Origin: Candidatus Pelearchaeum maunauluense
GTDB taxonomy: Archaea > Thermoproteota > Nitrososphaeria_A > Caldarchaeales > Caldarchaeaceae
DNA length: 64,000 nucleotides
Assembly: GCA_030059675.1 (NCBI GenBank)
Contig: JANVYQ010000005.1
Coordinates: 32,001-96,000, forward strand
Direction of reading: 5' to 3'
The position numbers and the translations under genes were made by a program. Below, piece by piece: positions 40,690-51,450 of the stretch (positions are counted from its first letter, which is position 1; each line of letters starts with the position of its first letter). The notes under the pieces were generated by a model, which saw nothing but the letters and a program-made list of their open reading frames with translations, ran no database searches and was not told the DNA's origin.

Positions 40690-41939
40690 TGATGCTGAAA
40701 ACCGATAAAATAGTAAGACGTTATACAGAGATTATTAGAGAACCTCGACATCATGCTCTAAGAAGTCATAAGCTAAAAGTTGGCTATCCTAAGCGTATAG
40801 TGATAAGCGGTGTAGAGCTTGAAGTTCTTCCTGGAGAATTTATCGCTGTAATAGGTCCAAATGCTTCGGGAAAATCAACCCTGTTAAAAACACTGGCCGG
40901 CCTGCTGAAGCCGCTGGGCGGTGTGGTCTACCTAGATGGGAGGGAGATAACCCGCTGGCGCCCGCGCGAGCTTGCCACGAAGCTTGGGGTGGTCTTAACA
41001 GAACGGGTAAACCCAGGCCTTATGACAGCTTTTGAGGTAGTAGCGCTGGGTAGATACTCATACACAGGAGCCTTAGCGCGGCTCACTAGGCGGGATAAGG
41101 AGATAGTTCTTAAAGCTCTGGAGAGCGTAGAAGCCCAGCACCTAGCCAATCGCCGTTTCAACGAGCTTAGCGATGGTGAAAAGCAGAAGATAATGGTAGC
41201 ACGCGCACTAGCCCAAGAGCCACAAATAATAATTCTAGACGAGCCCACCACGCATCTAGACGCGCGAAACAAGATAGAGATTCTCCTGTTGTTGCGGCGT
41301 CTGGCGCGTGAGAAAACAATAACGGTTATTGTCTCGCTTCATGAGGTTGAGCTTTCTCTTAGACTAGCTGATAAGCTGGTTATAGTGAGGGATGGGCGTG
41401 CAGAGGTCTTTAACAATCCAGAAGAATTCATCATAGAGACGGGGGTTGAGACGCTTTACCTGATGAACGATCGGGTGAGCTTCGACCATATCTCATACAC
41501 GGTAGAGGTTCATGACGAGCCTAAGCGCGGTACGCCTGTCTTCGTCATAGCAGGGGCAGGCAAGGGCGCGCTAGTCTACCGCCTCTTAAAACGCCTAGGA
41601 TATGTTATAAGAACTGGAATACTTCACGAAAACGACATAGACTACCACGTAGCAGCTAAGCTGCGCGCGGATATAATATCAGAAAAACCCTACCAGCCGA
41701 TAACAGAAAATACATACCTAAAGGCTCTTCACGCAGCAACAAGCGCTAATATAATCATAGACGCATCACCACCAATAGGCCTGCTAAACTCCAAAAACCT
41801 AGAACTCGTCAAAGAGCTACGAAGAAGACAAAAAAGAATCGTGAAGATTATTGAAGAAGATGACAGCCCAAGAGACTATGATGAGGTATGCTGCACCTTA
41901 GCTATGCTTCCACGTATTTTAGAGGAGTTAATTAGGTAG
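40689..41939 (+). CDS. ABC ATP-binding protein (FepC/BtuD-like) with a C-terminal extension
   Basis: GPNASGKSTL, LSDGEKQ, ILDEPT; tail with TGILHENDID. Confidence 0.92.
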   Translation: MMLKTDKIVRRYTEIIREPRHHALRSHKLKVGYPKRIVISGVELEVLPGEFIAVIGPNASGKSTLLKTLAGLLKPLGGVVYLDGREITRWRPRELATKLGVVLTERVNPGLMTAFEVVALGRYSYTGALARLTRRDKEIVLKALESVEAQHLANRRFNELSDGEKQKIMVARALAQEPQIIILDEPTTHLDARNKIEILLLLRRLAREKTITVIVSLHEVELSLRLADKLVIVRDGRAEVFNNPEEFIIETGVETLYLMNDRVSFDHISYTVEVHDEPKRGTPVFVIAGAGKGALVYRLLKRLGYVIRTGILHENDIDYHVAAKLRADIISEKPYQPITENTYLKALHAATSANIIIDASPPIGLLNSKNLELVKELRRRQKRIVKIIEEDDSPRDYDEVCCTLAMLPRILEELIR

Positions 41940-41964
41940 CTGGATTTGTTGGAGGAGGATAGCT

Positions 41965-42930
41965 ATGTCTTCATGTTCAAATAAGTCGTTGGGTTCTGGG
42001 GAGCTTCGTATTGTTTCAACCGTCCCAAGCGCTACTGAGATTGTATGCGCCTTGGGGCTTATAGACTCGCTGGTAGGCGTTACGTATGGGTGTGATTTTC
42101 CGCCAGAGGTACGCGGTAAGCCGATTGTAGTTGAGAGCACAATGCCTAAAGGGCTTACTATGCGCGAGATACATGAGCTTGTGAGCAAAGCTAAACAACA
42201 AGGCAAAAACTATTTCAGTGTTAAACTTGACCTACTCGCGGAGCTTAAGCCCAACTTATTAATTTACCAAGGAGTATGCGACGTATGTTCTGTTCAGCAG
42301 AAGCAGGTTCATAACACGTTCAGCGTTAATCCATCCTCCTTCAACGTCTTATCACTACATGCGGAGAATATAATGGGGATTCTTGACGATATTAGGCGTG
42401 TGGGTGGGGCTACTGCAAAGGCCGTTGAAGCGGCGTCGCTTGTTAGAAAACTCTCTATGAGGATTCAGGAGCTTAACACCATGGTCGTTGTGAAGAATAG
42501 ACGGCCGCGTGTTTTGCTGATGGAGTGGCTAGACCCGCCGATAGTAGGTGGCCACTGGGCGCCTGAGCTGGTTAATCTAGCGGGTGGTCTTCCAACCTTG
42601 GCAGAGAGCGGCAGGCCCTCACAAACCGTTAGCTGGGATGAAATAGCTAGAGAAGACCCAGACATTATAGTTGCCGTCCCCTGCGGCTATACTGTTCCTG
42701 AGACACTGAGAGAGATGCGCAGGATATCTCCGCCTGAAGATTGGTGGAGGCTTAAAGCCGTGAGAGAGGGGCAGGTATGGGTTGCCGACGCGAGGTCTTA
42801 CTTCTCAAGGCCAGGGCCACGCTTCATACACGGGCTTGAGATACTCGTGGAGCTCTTATGGGACATGCAGGCGTATAGCGATAGTGCTGGTGTTGAGCCA
42901 TACGCCTTAGCCGAGCCTTGGCTTAGATGA
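41965..42930 (+). CDS. Cobalamin-binding (BtuF-like) protein without an obvious signal peptide
   Basis: RIVS..PSATEIV.ALG, G.T..CDFP, C.VC, EWLDPP..GGHW.PE, PCG, YFSRPGPR. Confidence 0.85.
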   Translation: MSSCSNKSLGSGELRIVSTVPSATEIVCALGLIDSLVGVTYGCDFPPEVRGKPIVVESTMPKGLTMREIHELVSKAKQQGKNYFSVKLDLLAELKPNLLIYQGVCDVCSVQQKQVHNTFSVNPSSFNVLSLHAENIMGILDDIRRVGGATAKAVEAASLVRKLSMRIQELNTMVVVKNRRPRVLLMEWLDPPIVGGHWAPELVNLAGGLPTLAESGRPSQTVSWDEIAREDPDIIVAVPCGYTVPETLREMRRISPPEDWWRLKAVREGQVWVADARSYFSRPGPRFIHGLEILVELLWDMQAYSDSAGVEPYALAEPWLR

Positions 42931-42934
42931 CAAT

Positions 42935-44578
<1,644 letters not shown>

Positions 44579-44657
44579 TCACCAAACAGGTTGGTTAAAG
44601 ACTTTCCCCCATTATAAAACGAACAACCCAACATATTAAAGCGGAAATATATGATAG

Positions 44658-44731
44658 TGGACCGGCGGGGATTTGAACCCCGGACCTCCCGCACGCCAGG
44701 CGGGCGATCCTCCAGGCTGATCTACCGGCCC
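44658..44731 (-). tRNA. tRNA-Ala(GGC)
   Basis: GGGCCGG/CCGGTCC acceptor with G3:U70, CCCGC-CT-GGC-GT-GCGGG anticodon arm, TTCAAAT T-loop. Confidence 0.95.
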
Positions 44732-44776
44732 TCTCTTCTATGTGTTGTCTTTGTAGGGGTTTGTTTATTTTAAGAT

Positions 44777-44923
44777 TTAGCGTTTATGCTGTTGTGTTAT
44801 TGCCCTTACACGGGCGGCTGGGTTGTTGGGATGGCTCTCAAATACGTGTTTTACAAATTCTTCATAGCTCTCAAACATGCTGCCGCATAGTGGGCATTTG
44901 ATAATCCATTCTACTTTTCTCAA
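44777..44923 (-). CDS. Small C2H2 zinc-finger protein (48 aa; below the ORF-track cutoff)
   Basis: TTG start; MRKVEWIIKCPLCGSMFESYEEFVKHVFESHPNNPAARVRAITQQHKR fits C-x2-C-x3-F-x8-H-x4-H. Confidence 0.75.
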   Translation of the reverse strand: MRKVEWIIKCPLCGSMFESYEEFVKHVFESHPNNPAARVRAITQQHKR

Positions 44924-44986
44924 GGAGGGCGTTAATGGTGTTTCATCACCAAAACTTATATTTAATGTAGATTATGTCGCCTGCTG

Positions 44987-46210
44987 ATGAACATAGACTT
45001 CCTCACAATAGAAGACTTGGATCTCGCGGGTAAGACCGTGATTGTGCGGGTTGATATTAATTCGCCGATAAACCCCAAGACTGGCGAGTTGTTGGAGGTT
45101 AATAGGATTAGAGAGGCTAGTATTACGCTTAAGTCTCTTGAGGACTCTAAGGTTGTTGTTATCTCTCATCAGGGAAGGGTTGGTAGGTATGATTATGTCT
45201 CGCTTAGACAGCACTGTAAGGCGCTCTCTGAGATTATGGGTAAGGAGGTGAGGTTTGTTGAGGACGTATTCGGCGAGGCCGCGCGTAAAGCGATTACCAG
45301 TCTTGAGAAAGGAGATGTTCTGATGCTTGAGAACCTACGGTTTGCCGCCGAGGAGAATTATGAATATTCTCCAGAGGAGGCGGCAAAGACGCATATTGTA
45401 AGCAAGCTGGCCAAGTATCTCGACGCGTGCGTGCTTGATGCCTTCCCGACAGCCCATAGGGCTCACCCGTCAATCGTCGGCTTCGCCGCAATACTACCAA
45501 CATGCGCTGGCCGCCTCGTGGCTAAGGAGCTGAAATCCCTCAGTCGCGTTATGCTCACCGCCAAAGCCCCCTACACGGCTGTTCTTGGAGGAGCGAAGAT
45601 ACAAGACCGACTGGAAGCTATTGACGCTTTGATAGAGAACGGCAAGGCTGATAATGTCTTGCTAACAGGCCTTATAGGGCTTGTCTTTCTCCGAGCAGCC
45701 AACAAGCTTAAGACACCCCTAAAGCCTGAGCATGAGAAGTTCGTAGGCAGAGCACGCGAGCTGTTGAACCGTTATTCAGAAGCATTCCATCTTCCCGAAG
45801 ATGTGGCTATACAGAAAAACGGAGAGCGTGTAGAGATAAAACCAGAACAACTAACTAGCGATGTTGCTGTCTTAGATATCGGAGAGGAGACTATAAGGAA
45901 ATACTCCAAGATAATCAAGAGCTCTGGTACTGTGTTTATGAGCGGCCCTCCAGGTTTCTTTGAGATGGATGGGTTTGAGAAAGGGACGCATGAGCTTCTT
46001 CTAGCTATGGCCAGCTCTTTAGGGACTACGATTATCAGCGGTGGCCATCTCTCAGCCGCTCTGGAGATGGTGGGCGTCAAGGAGTGGATAGATCACGTGA
46101 GCACTGCTGGCGGCGCCCTAGTCATGTTCATGGCTGGGAAGAAACTCCCCCTCATAGAGGCGCTGCGCATGGCAGCGGCTAGGCAGCGGGGCGAGAAAAT
46201 AATCCAATAA
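44987..46210 (+). CDS. pgk: Phosphoglycerate kinase
   Basis: VRVDINSP, SHQGR, LENLRF, DAF..AHRAH.S, LGGAK, HVSTAGGA. Confidence 0.96.
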   Translation: MNIDFLTIEDLDLAGKTVIVRVDINSPINPKTGELLEVNRIREASITLKSLEDSKVVVISHQGRVGRYDYVSLRQHCKALSEIMGKEVRFVEDVFGEAARKAITSLEKGDVLMLENLRFAAEENYEYSPEEAAKTHIVSKLAKYLDACVLDAFPTAHRAHPSIVGFAAILPTCAGRLVAKELKSLSRVMLTAKAPYTAVLGGAKIQDRLEAIDALIENGKADNVLLTGLIGLVFLRAANKLKTPLKPEHEKFVGRARELLNRYSEAFHLPEDVAIQKNGERVEIKPEQLTSDVAVLDIGEETIRKYSKIIKSSGTVFMSGPPGFFEMDGFEKGTHELLLAMASSLGTTIISGGHLSAALEMVGVKEWIDHVSTAGGALVMFMAGKKLPLIEALRMAAARQRGEKIIQ

Positions 46211-46232
46211 AAATAATCGAGGTGTATAATGC

Positions 46233-46700
46233 GTGAAACGGATAAAACCAGAACAACGTCTTAAAGAGCTGGGGATAACTCTCCCCGAAGTCTCTGCGCC
46301 TGTCGCCAATTATGTCCCCACCCTACGTGTTGGAAAACTACTCTTTGTCAGCGGCGCTTTACCGCGGAGTGGTGGGGAGATGCTCTACAAGGGTAAGGTT
46401 GGCCGTGAGCTAACAGTCGAGCAAGGCTACGAGGCTGCACGGCTGGCCGCGCTCAGCTGCTTAGCCACAATTAGACAAGCATTAGGGACGCTCAATAAGG
46501 TGCGCAGAATAGTACGGGTAACAGGATACGTTGCCTCTGCCGAGGGCTTCAACGACCAGCCGAAGGTAGTTAATGGAGCTTCTGATGTGCTAGTGGAGAT
46601 ATTTGGAGACGCGGGAAGGCACACCCGCGTAGCAATAGGTGTTTATGAGCTTCCACTGGGAGCGCCTGTAGAGGTGGAGATGATAGCTCAGACGGTATAG
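46233..46700 (+). CDS. RidA/YjgF family protein
   Basis: PVANYVP, F.DQP.V.NGASD, GRH.R.A.GV..LP....VEVE. Confidence 0.9.
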   Translation: MKRIKPEQRLKELGITLPEVSAPVANYVPTLRVGKLLFVSGALPRSGGEMLYKGKVGRELTVEQGYEAARLAALSCLATIRQALGTLNKVRRIVRVTGYVASAEGFNDQPKVVNGASDVLVEIFGDAGRHTRVAIGVYELPLGAPVEVEMIAQTV

Positions 46701-46705
46701 AAGAA

Positions 46706-47365
46706 TTGGCCCCCACAAATCCTAAGGCGATAGTCTTTGACATAGACGGGACGCTCTACCGCTCCCAAGACTATGAGCGCCAGCTATATCAGGCAATAGT
46801 TAAAGTGTTGAGTGAGATGCTCAACATCACGAAAGAAAACGCTGCGATAATGCTCCAAGACGCTAAGCGGAAATATAGAACTGTTAGCATAAGCATCGAG
46901 GCGTTAGGCTTGGATAGGCATGAATTCTATCAAAGATTAGCCAACAGTGTAGAGCCTGAGAAAACGATAGCTCCCGACGAATCAACACCACAACTCCTAA
47001 GGAAGCTCAAGAATATGGGCTACAAGATTGTTCTGCATACTAACTCAGGCAGACAACTAGCTATGAAGATTCTTAAAACACTACGCATAGACAATAACCT
47101 CTATGACCTGCTAGTTACCAGCGATGAGTATGAGCCTAAGCCCTCGGCTGAGGGTTATCTCGGTATAGTAAGACAGCTTGGAATACAGCCCAGTGAAATA
47201 ATATACGTAGGCGATAGGATTGAGGTTGAGCTCCTCCCAGCCAAGAAGCTGGGAATGATTACGGTTCTACTAGGCAGCAAGCCGCGGTCGCATGAGATTG
47301 ACTATACCATAAACTCGCTAAACGAGATTCTAGAAGTTTTGAATAAGCTTACACATAAAAACTAG
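46706..47365 (+). CDS. HAD-superfamily hydrolase
   Basis: FDIDGTLY, TNS, KP, YVGD. Confidence 0.88.
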   Translation: MAPTNPKAIVFDIDGTLYRSQDYERQLYQAIVKVLSEMLNITKENAAIMLQDAKRKYRTVSISIEALGLDRHEFYQRLANSVEPEKTIAPDESTPQLLRKLKNMGYKIVLHTNSGRQLAMKILKTLRIDNNLYDLLVTSDEYEPKPSAEGYLGIVRQLGIQPSEIIYVGDRIEVELLPAKKLGMITVLLGSKPRSHEIDYTINSLNEILEVLNKLTHKN

Positions 47366-47396
47366 TTGCTCAAACAAGTTGGTGAGGGCTCTAGAC

Positions 47397-48422
47397 ATGG
47401 TACTCCGCGTTGGAATAAATGGTATGGGCCGTATAGGGAGGCTCTTCTTCAGAGCAGCTCTACAAGACCCAGAGTATGGGAAGAGTTTTCGGGTTGTAGC
47501 GTATAATGAGCTTGCGGACAACCGTACAACGGCCCATCTGCTAAAGTACGACTCTATACATGGTAGGCTTAACAGGCAGGTCTCTTACACTGATAAGGGG
47601 ATAGTGGTTGACGGTGATGAGCTGGTTGGCTTCAGCGTCCCAGACCCAGCTCAAATACCTTGGAAAGATGTTGGTGTTGATGTTGTCGTTGAGTCCACGG
47701 GTAGGTTTACCAAGAGGGCTGATGCCTCAAAACACCTGGGCGCGGGTGTTAAGAAGGTTCTAATCTCAGCCCCCTCGCCCGACGCTGATGTTACGATAGT
47801 TCCTGGGGTTAATGATAAGATGCTTGACTTGAGCAAGCATGATGTAATTTCAGCCGCCTCGTGCACTACCAACTGCCTAGCCCCCATGGTTAAGGTGTTG
47901 CTGGATAACTTTGGGATTAAGTGCGGCTTCATGACTACCGTCCATGCATTCACCAACGACCAGCGGCTCCTTGACCTAGTTCATAAAGACCTAAGACGCG
48001 CGCGAGCAGCTACGCAGTCAATTATCCCCACAACAACTGGCGCTGCTTCGGCTCTCCACTTGGTAATACCCGAGGTGAAGGGGAAGATGCACGGTGTAGC
48101 ACTTCGCGTCCCTGTTTCAGACGGCTCAATAACAGACCTAACCGCACTACTGGAGCAGGAGGTTACAGTTAAGGAAGTAAACCAGGCATTCCAAGAAGAG
48201 GCTCAGGGAAGGCTGAAGGGAATACTGGAATACACGGAAGAACCTATAGTGTCTGCTGATATAATAGGAAACCCGCATTCATGCATCTTTGACGCTCTAA
48301 GTACGCTGGTGCTGGGTGAGCGGGGTAGCCTTGTTAAGGTCTTTGGATGGTATGATAATGAGTGGGGATACAGTAACAGGCTTGTGGATGTTATTAAGAT
48401 GATGGTTAAGCAAGGGTTATGA
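47397..48422 (+). CDS. gap: Glyceraldehyde-3-phosphate dehydrogenase, class I (bacterial/eukaryal type)
   Basis: GINGMGRIGR, LLKYDS.HG, ESTGRF, ASCTTNCL, DLRRARAA, TGAA, WYDNEWGYS. Confidence 0.95.
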   Translation: MVLRVGINGMGRIGRLFFRAALQDPEYGKSFRVVAYNELADNRTTAHLLKYDSIHGRLNRQVSYTDKGIVVDGDELVGFSVPDPAQIPWKDVGVDVVVESTGRFTKRADASKHLGAGVKKVLISAPSPDADVTIVPGVNDKMLDLSKHDVISAASCTTNCLAPMVKVLLDNFGIKCGFMTTVHAFTNDQRLLDLVHKDLRRARAATQSIIPTTTGAASALHLVIPEVKGKMHGVALRVPVSDGSITDLTALLEQEVTVKEVNQAFQEEAQGRLKGILEYTEEPIVSADIIGNPHSCIFDALSTLVLGERGSLVKVFGWYDNEWGYSNRLVDVIKMMVKQGL

Positions 48423-49127
48423 GGATATTCCTAGGTAGAGCTTTGACAGCTCGGCGTGGCCTAGTAGGTCTTGCGGCCTCCCCTCAAACGCCACCCTGCC
48501 GCTGACGAGCAGGTAGGCGTAGTCGCCCATCTCTAAGGCGCGCCTAGCGTTCTGCTCAACCAATAGTATTGTTATTCCAAGCCTGTCGCGTAGCTCCCTT
48601 ATCTTAGCCAAAACCTCCATGGCCAGCTTGGGAGCGAGGTTTCCAGTGGGCTCGTCAAACATCATTATCTTCGGCTTCCTTAAGAGAGCCATGGCCATCG
48701 CCACCATCTGCCGCTCACCACCGCTCAAGGTACCGCTCTTCCTATTCATGAAGCCCTTAATCATCGGAAACAGCTCCAACACTTCTTCTAGACGCTCCTC
48801 CGCCACTCGTTTATTCAGCGTGTAGCTAGCCATCAGGAGATTTTCACGCACGGTAAGGTTGGCGAAGACGTTATCCGTCTGCGGCAGGTAGGCCACGCCC
48901 CTACGCGCTATCTGGTGGGGCATAAGCCCAACAATGTTCTCACCATCAAACTTAATCACGCCAGAGTATATCTTCGTCAATCCGAATATACTCTTAAGCA
49001 GTGTGCTCTTACCGCTCCCGTTAGGGCCTACTATAACCGTGATGGACTTCTCCCTTACATGCATGTCAGCATCGAAGAGAATGTGAAGCCTTCCATACCC
49101 TGCGTTTATCTTCTGCACCTCTATCAA
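48417..49127 (-). CDS. livF: Branched-chain amino acid ABC transporter ATP-binding protein
   Basis: GPNGSGKST, LSGGERQM.A, DEP, LLVEQNA. Confidence 0.9.
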   Translation of the reverse strand: MIEVQKINAGYGRLHILFDADMHVREKSITVIVGPNGSGKSTLLKSIFGLTKIYSGVIKFDGENIVGLMPHQIARRGVAYLPQTDNVFANLTVRENLLMASYTLNKRVAEERLEEVLELFPMIKGFMNRKSGTLSGGERQMVAMAMALLRKPKIMMFDEPTGNLAPKLAMEVLAKIRELRDRLGITILLVEQNARRALEMGDYAYLLVSGRVAFEGRPQDLLGHAELSKLYLGISS

Positions 49128-49888
49128 GACACCTCACCTAGATAGGACTCTATCACGCGGGGGTCCGCCATGACTATCTCGGGCTTGCCCTCCGCCACAA
49201 CGCGGCCAGCGGCTAACGCATATACATAATCGGTGTATTTGAGCGCTATCTCCAGCCTATGCTCAACCAGCAGGAAGGTGACCCCTAGCTTGTCGCGTAG
49301 GTTCCGAAGATGCTCGAATATCTCGTGGGCTAGTACGGGGTTTATTCCAGCTATCGGCTCGTCCATGAGTATTAGCCTGGCCCCGCTCATGAGGGCTCTA
49401 CCTATCTCAAGTAGCTTCATCTGGCCGCCGCTCAGCGTGTAGGCGCGTGCGTCCCAGAGATGGTCTAGGCGGAGGTGTCTGAGTATCTCAAACGCCTTCT
49501 CCGCCGCATCCTCCTCGCTACGCTGCCAAAGCCGCTTGAAAGGCGCTCTGAGAAGGCTCTCGCCAGGGTTGCCGCGATAAGCCGTCATGAGGTTCTCCAA
49601 CACGGTTAGGCGCTGAAACGGCTCAGGTATCTGGAAAGTCCTAACCATCCCAGCGCGATAAACATTATGCGGAGGCCATCCAGTTATATCACGTCCATCA
49701 AAGATTACACGCCCCCTATCAGGCTTGTAAAAACCAGTAACAACGTTGATGAGCGTGGTCTTACCAGAGCCGTTAGGCCCTATAAGCATGGTAATGAAAC
49801 GCTCATTAATAGATATACTAATATTATCTAGTGCTACAAGTCCTCCGAATGTTTTCCTAACATTATATATCGTCAATATACTCTTCAT
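49124..49888 (-). CDS. livG: Branched-chain amino acid ABC transporter ATP-binding protein
   Basis: K.FGGL.AL, GPNGSGKTT, RTFQ, LSGGQ.KLLE, LVEH, V.ESYLG. Confidence 0.9.
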   Translation of the reverse strand: MKSILTIYNVRKTFGGLVALDNISISINERFITMLIGPNGSGKTTLINVVTGFYKPDRGRVIFDGRDITGWPPHNVYRAGMVRTFQIPEPFQRLTVLENLMTAYRGNPGESLLRAPFKRLWQRSEEDAAEKAFEILRHLRLDHLWDARAYTLSGGQMKLLEIGRALMSGARLILMDEPIAGINPVLAHEIFEHLRNLRDKLGVTFLLVEHRLEIALKYTDYVYALAAGRVVAEGKPEIVMADPRVIESYLGEVS

Positions 49889-49923
49889 CAAAAAATTAGT
49901 GGATTTGGGGATGGTTTTAAGTT

Positions 49924-51336
49924 TTAAAACCAATTGATAGAATCTGAAGCTGCTACGTAGACGCCTACTCTATTCCAACTGAAGTCGCCATCAGTCTTCT
50001 GAACCGACCAAAAGTCATAGTCAGCTGTTGCTCTATCGCCTGCCGCGTTCAGTATTATCCATCCTGTGGCCCCGAAAGTATTCTGAGCCACGATTGGGAG
50101 TACGCTTTTAACGGCTTCCGCATCATACTTCCCTACCATCAATATTGCCTCTACGATAACCCAAACCTCGTCATATGCTGCTAATGCGTATGTATCGGGC
50201 TCTCTGCCCAGCTCGGCTTTTACTGCGTCGACAACCTTCTTGAATTTATCGGAACGAGTGGCGGCGAATATTGGGTTAATGAATTTTGTCGTTACTGCAA
50301 ATTCTGCTGCTAGCGGCTCCTTCAGTAGTTCATTAAGCAGTGCTGTTCCGTCGCTACCAAACCATTTAACTTGTTTTAACGCGTCATAATCACTTGCTTT
50401 AACGAATAAATCCACTACTTCGCCGAAAGCTACAACCATAACACCGACCTTGTCAGCACCATACTGGTTTATGGCTGATGAGACCTTCTGAGCTAGTAGG
50501 TCGACTTCTGCACCAAATCCCTTCTTCTCAACCTCTTCAGGAGCATATCTTATTCCTTCGTCAACTTGTATTCCTAGCTTCTTTAGCGCTTCGCTAGATG
50601 CCTTCTTCAGTCCATCGCCCCAAGCATCTCCTCTCCAGATAGGAACTACATATTTAACTCCCTCGTTCTCAACAACCCTTGCTATTGCCTTACTCTGTAT
50701 CGTGTCGTCAGGACAGAATCTGAATATGAAGTCATCAGGTATTGCTAGTTCGGGGGCCGTAGAAGACTGGCTGATAAGTAGTAACTTGTTTGCATCTGCA
50801 AATCCTTTTATGTTTCTGATCTCTGCGCTTGTCTGCGGTCCTATGTAGATCCGGATTCCTTTAGCTGACATGGATTGTAGCTTAAGAAGTGCGACATCCG
50901 GTTTTGTCTCTGTGTCTTCGACGACCAATTTGACCCTTGTTGGTATACCTGCCTGGCTCAGCCATTCGTTTACCTCTTTAACAGCTAGCTCTATTGCTAC
51001 GCGACTGTTCTCACCATAAGAGGCGAGAGATCCAGTGAGTGGTAATAATGCGCCTATTACGATCTCACTTGGGAGCTGCGCACCGCGCTGTATTACTTGC
51101 GTTACAGTGGTTGTTACTGTCACTTCCTTGGTTATTGTTATCGGCTGGGTGGCGGTGGTTGTTACTGTCACTTCCTTGGTTATTGTTATCGGCTGAGTGG
51201 CGGGTTGTGGGGCTACTAAGAAGCCTATGCCCACGCCCACTACTAACGCAACGACGATTAGTACAGCCGCTAAAGCTGTTGAAAGACCAACATTAGAGTA
51301 TATACTACTTTTCATATTCCCCATGCTCCTCCTCAT
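49924..51336 (-). CDS. Branched-chain amino acid ABC transporter substrate-binding protein (LivJ/K-like)
   Basis: N-terminal TM, Thr-rich linker, IGALLPLTG.LA.YG, SSTAP.L, FRFCPDD. Confidence 0.88.
   Translation of the reverse strand: MRRSMGNMKSSIYSNVGLSTALAAVLIVVALVVGVGIGFLVAPQPATQPITITKEVTVTTTATQPITITKEVTVTTTVTQVIQRGAQLPSEIVIGALLPLTGSLASYGENSRVAIELAVKEVNEWLSQAGIPTRVKLVVEDTETKPDVALLKLQSMSAKGIRIYIGPQTSAEIRNIKGFADANKLLLISQSSTAPELAIPDDFIFRFCPDDTIQSKAIARVVENEGVKYVVPIWRGDAWGDGLKKASSEALKKLGIQVDEGIRYAPEEVEKKGFGAEVDLLAQKVSSAINQYGADKVGVMVVAFGEVVDLFVKASDYDALKQVKWFGSDGTALLNELLKEPLAAEFAVTTKFINPIFAATRSDKFKKVVDAVKAELGREPDTYALAAYDEVWVIVEAILMVGKYDAEAVKSVLPIVAQNTFGATGWIILNAAGDRATADYDFWSVQKTDGDFSWNRVGVYVAASDSINWF
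51107..51202. repeat. 48-bp tandem duplication (2 copies, 1 mismatch) in the SBP linker
   Basis: gtggttgttactgtcacttccttggttattgttatcggctg(g/a)gtggcg at 51107-51154 and 51155-51202; encodes ATQPITITKEVTVTTT twice. Confidence 0.95.
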
Positions 51337-51450
51337 TTTTTAGGTAAGAATGAAGAACTCCGCGATATTAAACTATTCTCCAAATCTTTAACTAAGAAAC
51401 ATTCTGTATTTAAGATTTTTATTGTTCAAGTTACGACTAAAATCACCGTT

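Noticed and set aside
35710-42930. Integrative element at tRNA-Asn (or tRNA-Ala) carrying the corrinoid cluster
   Set aside because: No integrase and no duplicated tRNA end (att site) found; composition resembles the backbone
51107-51202. CRISPR-like direct repeats
   Set aside because: Contiguous in-frame coding duplication with no spacers; no cas genes in the window
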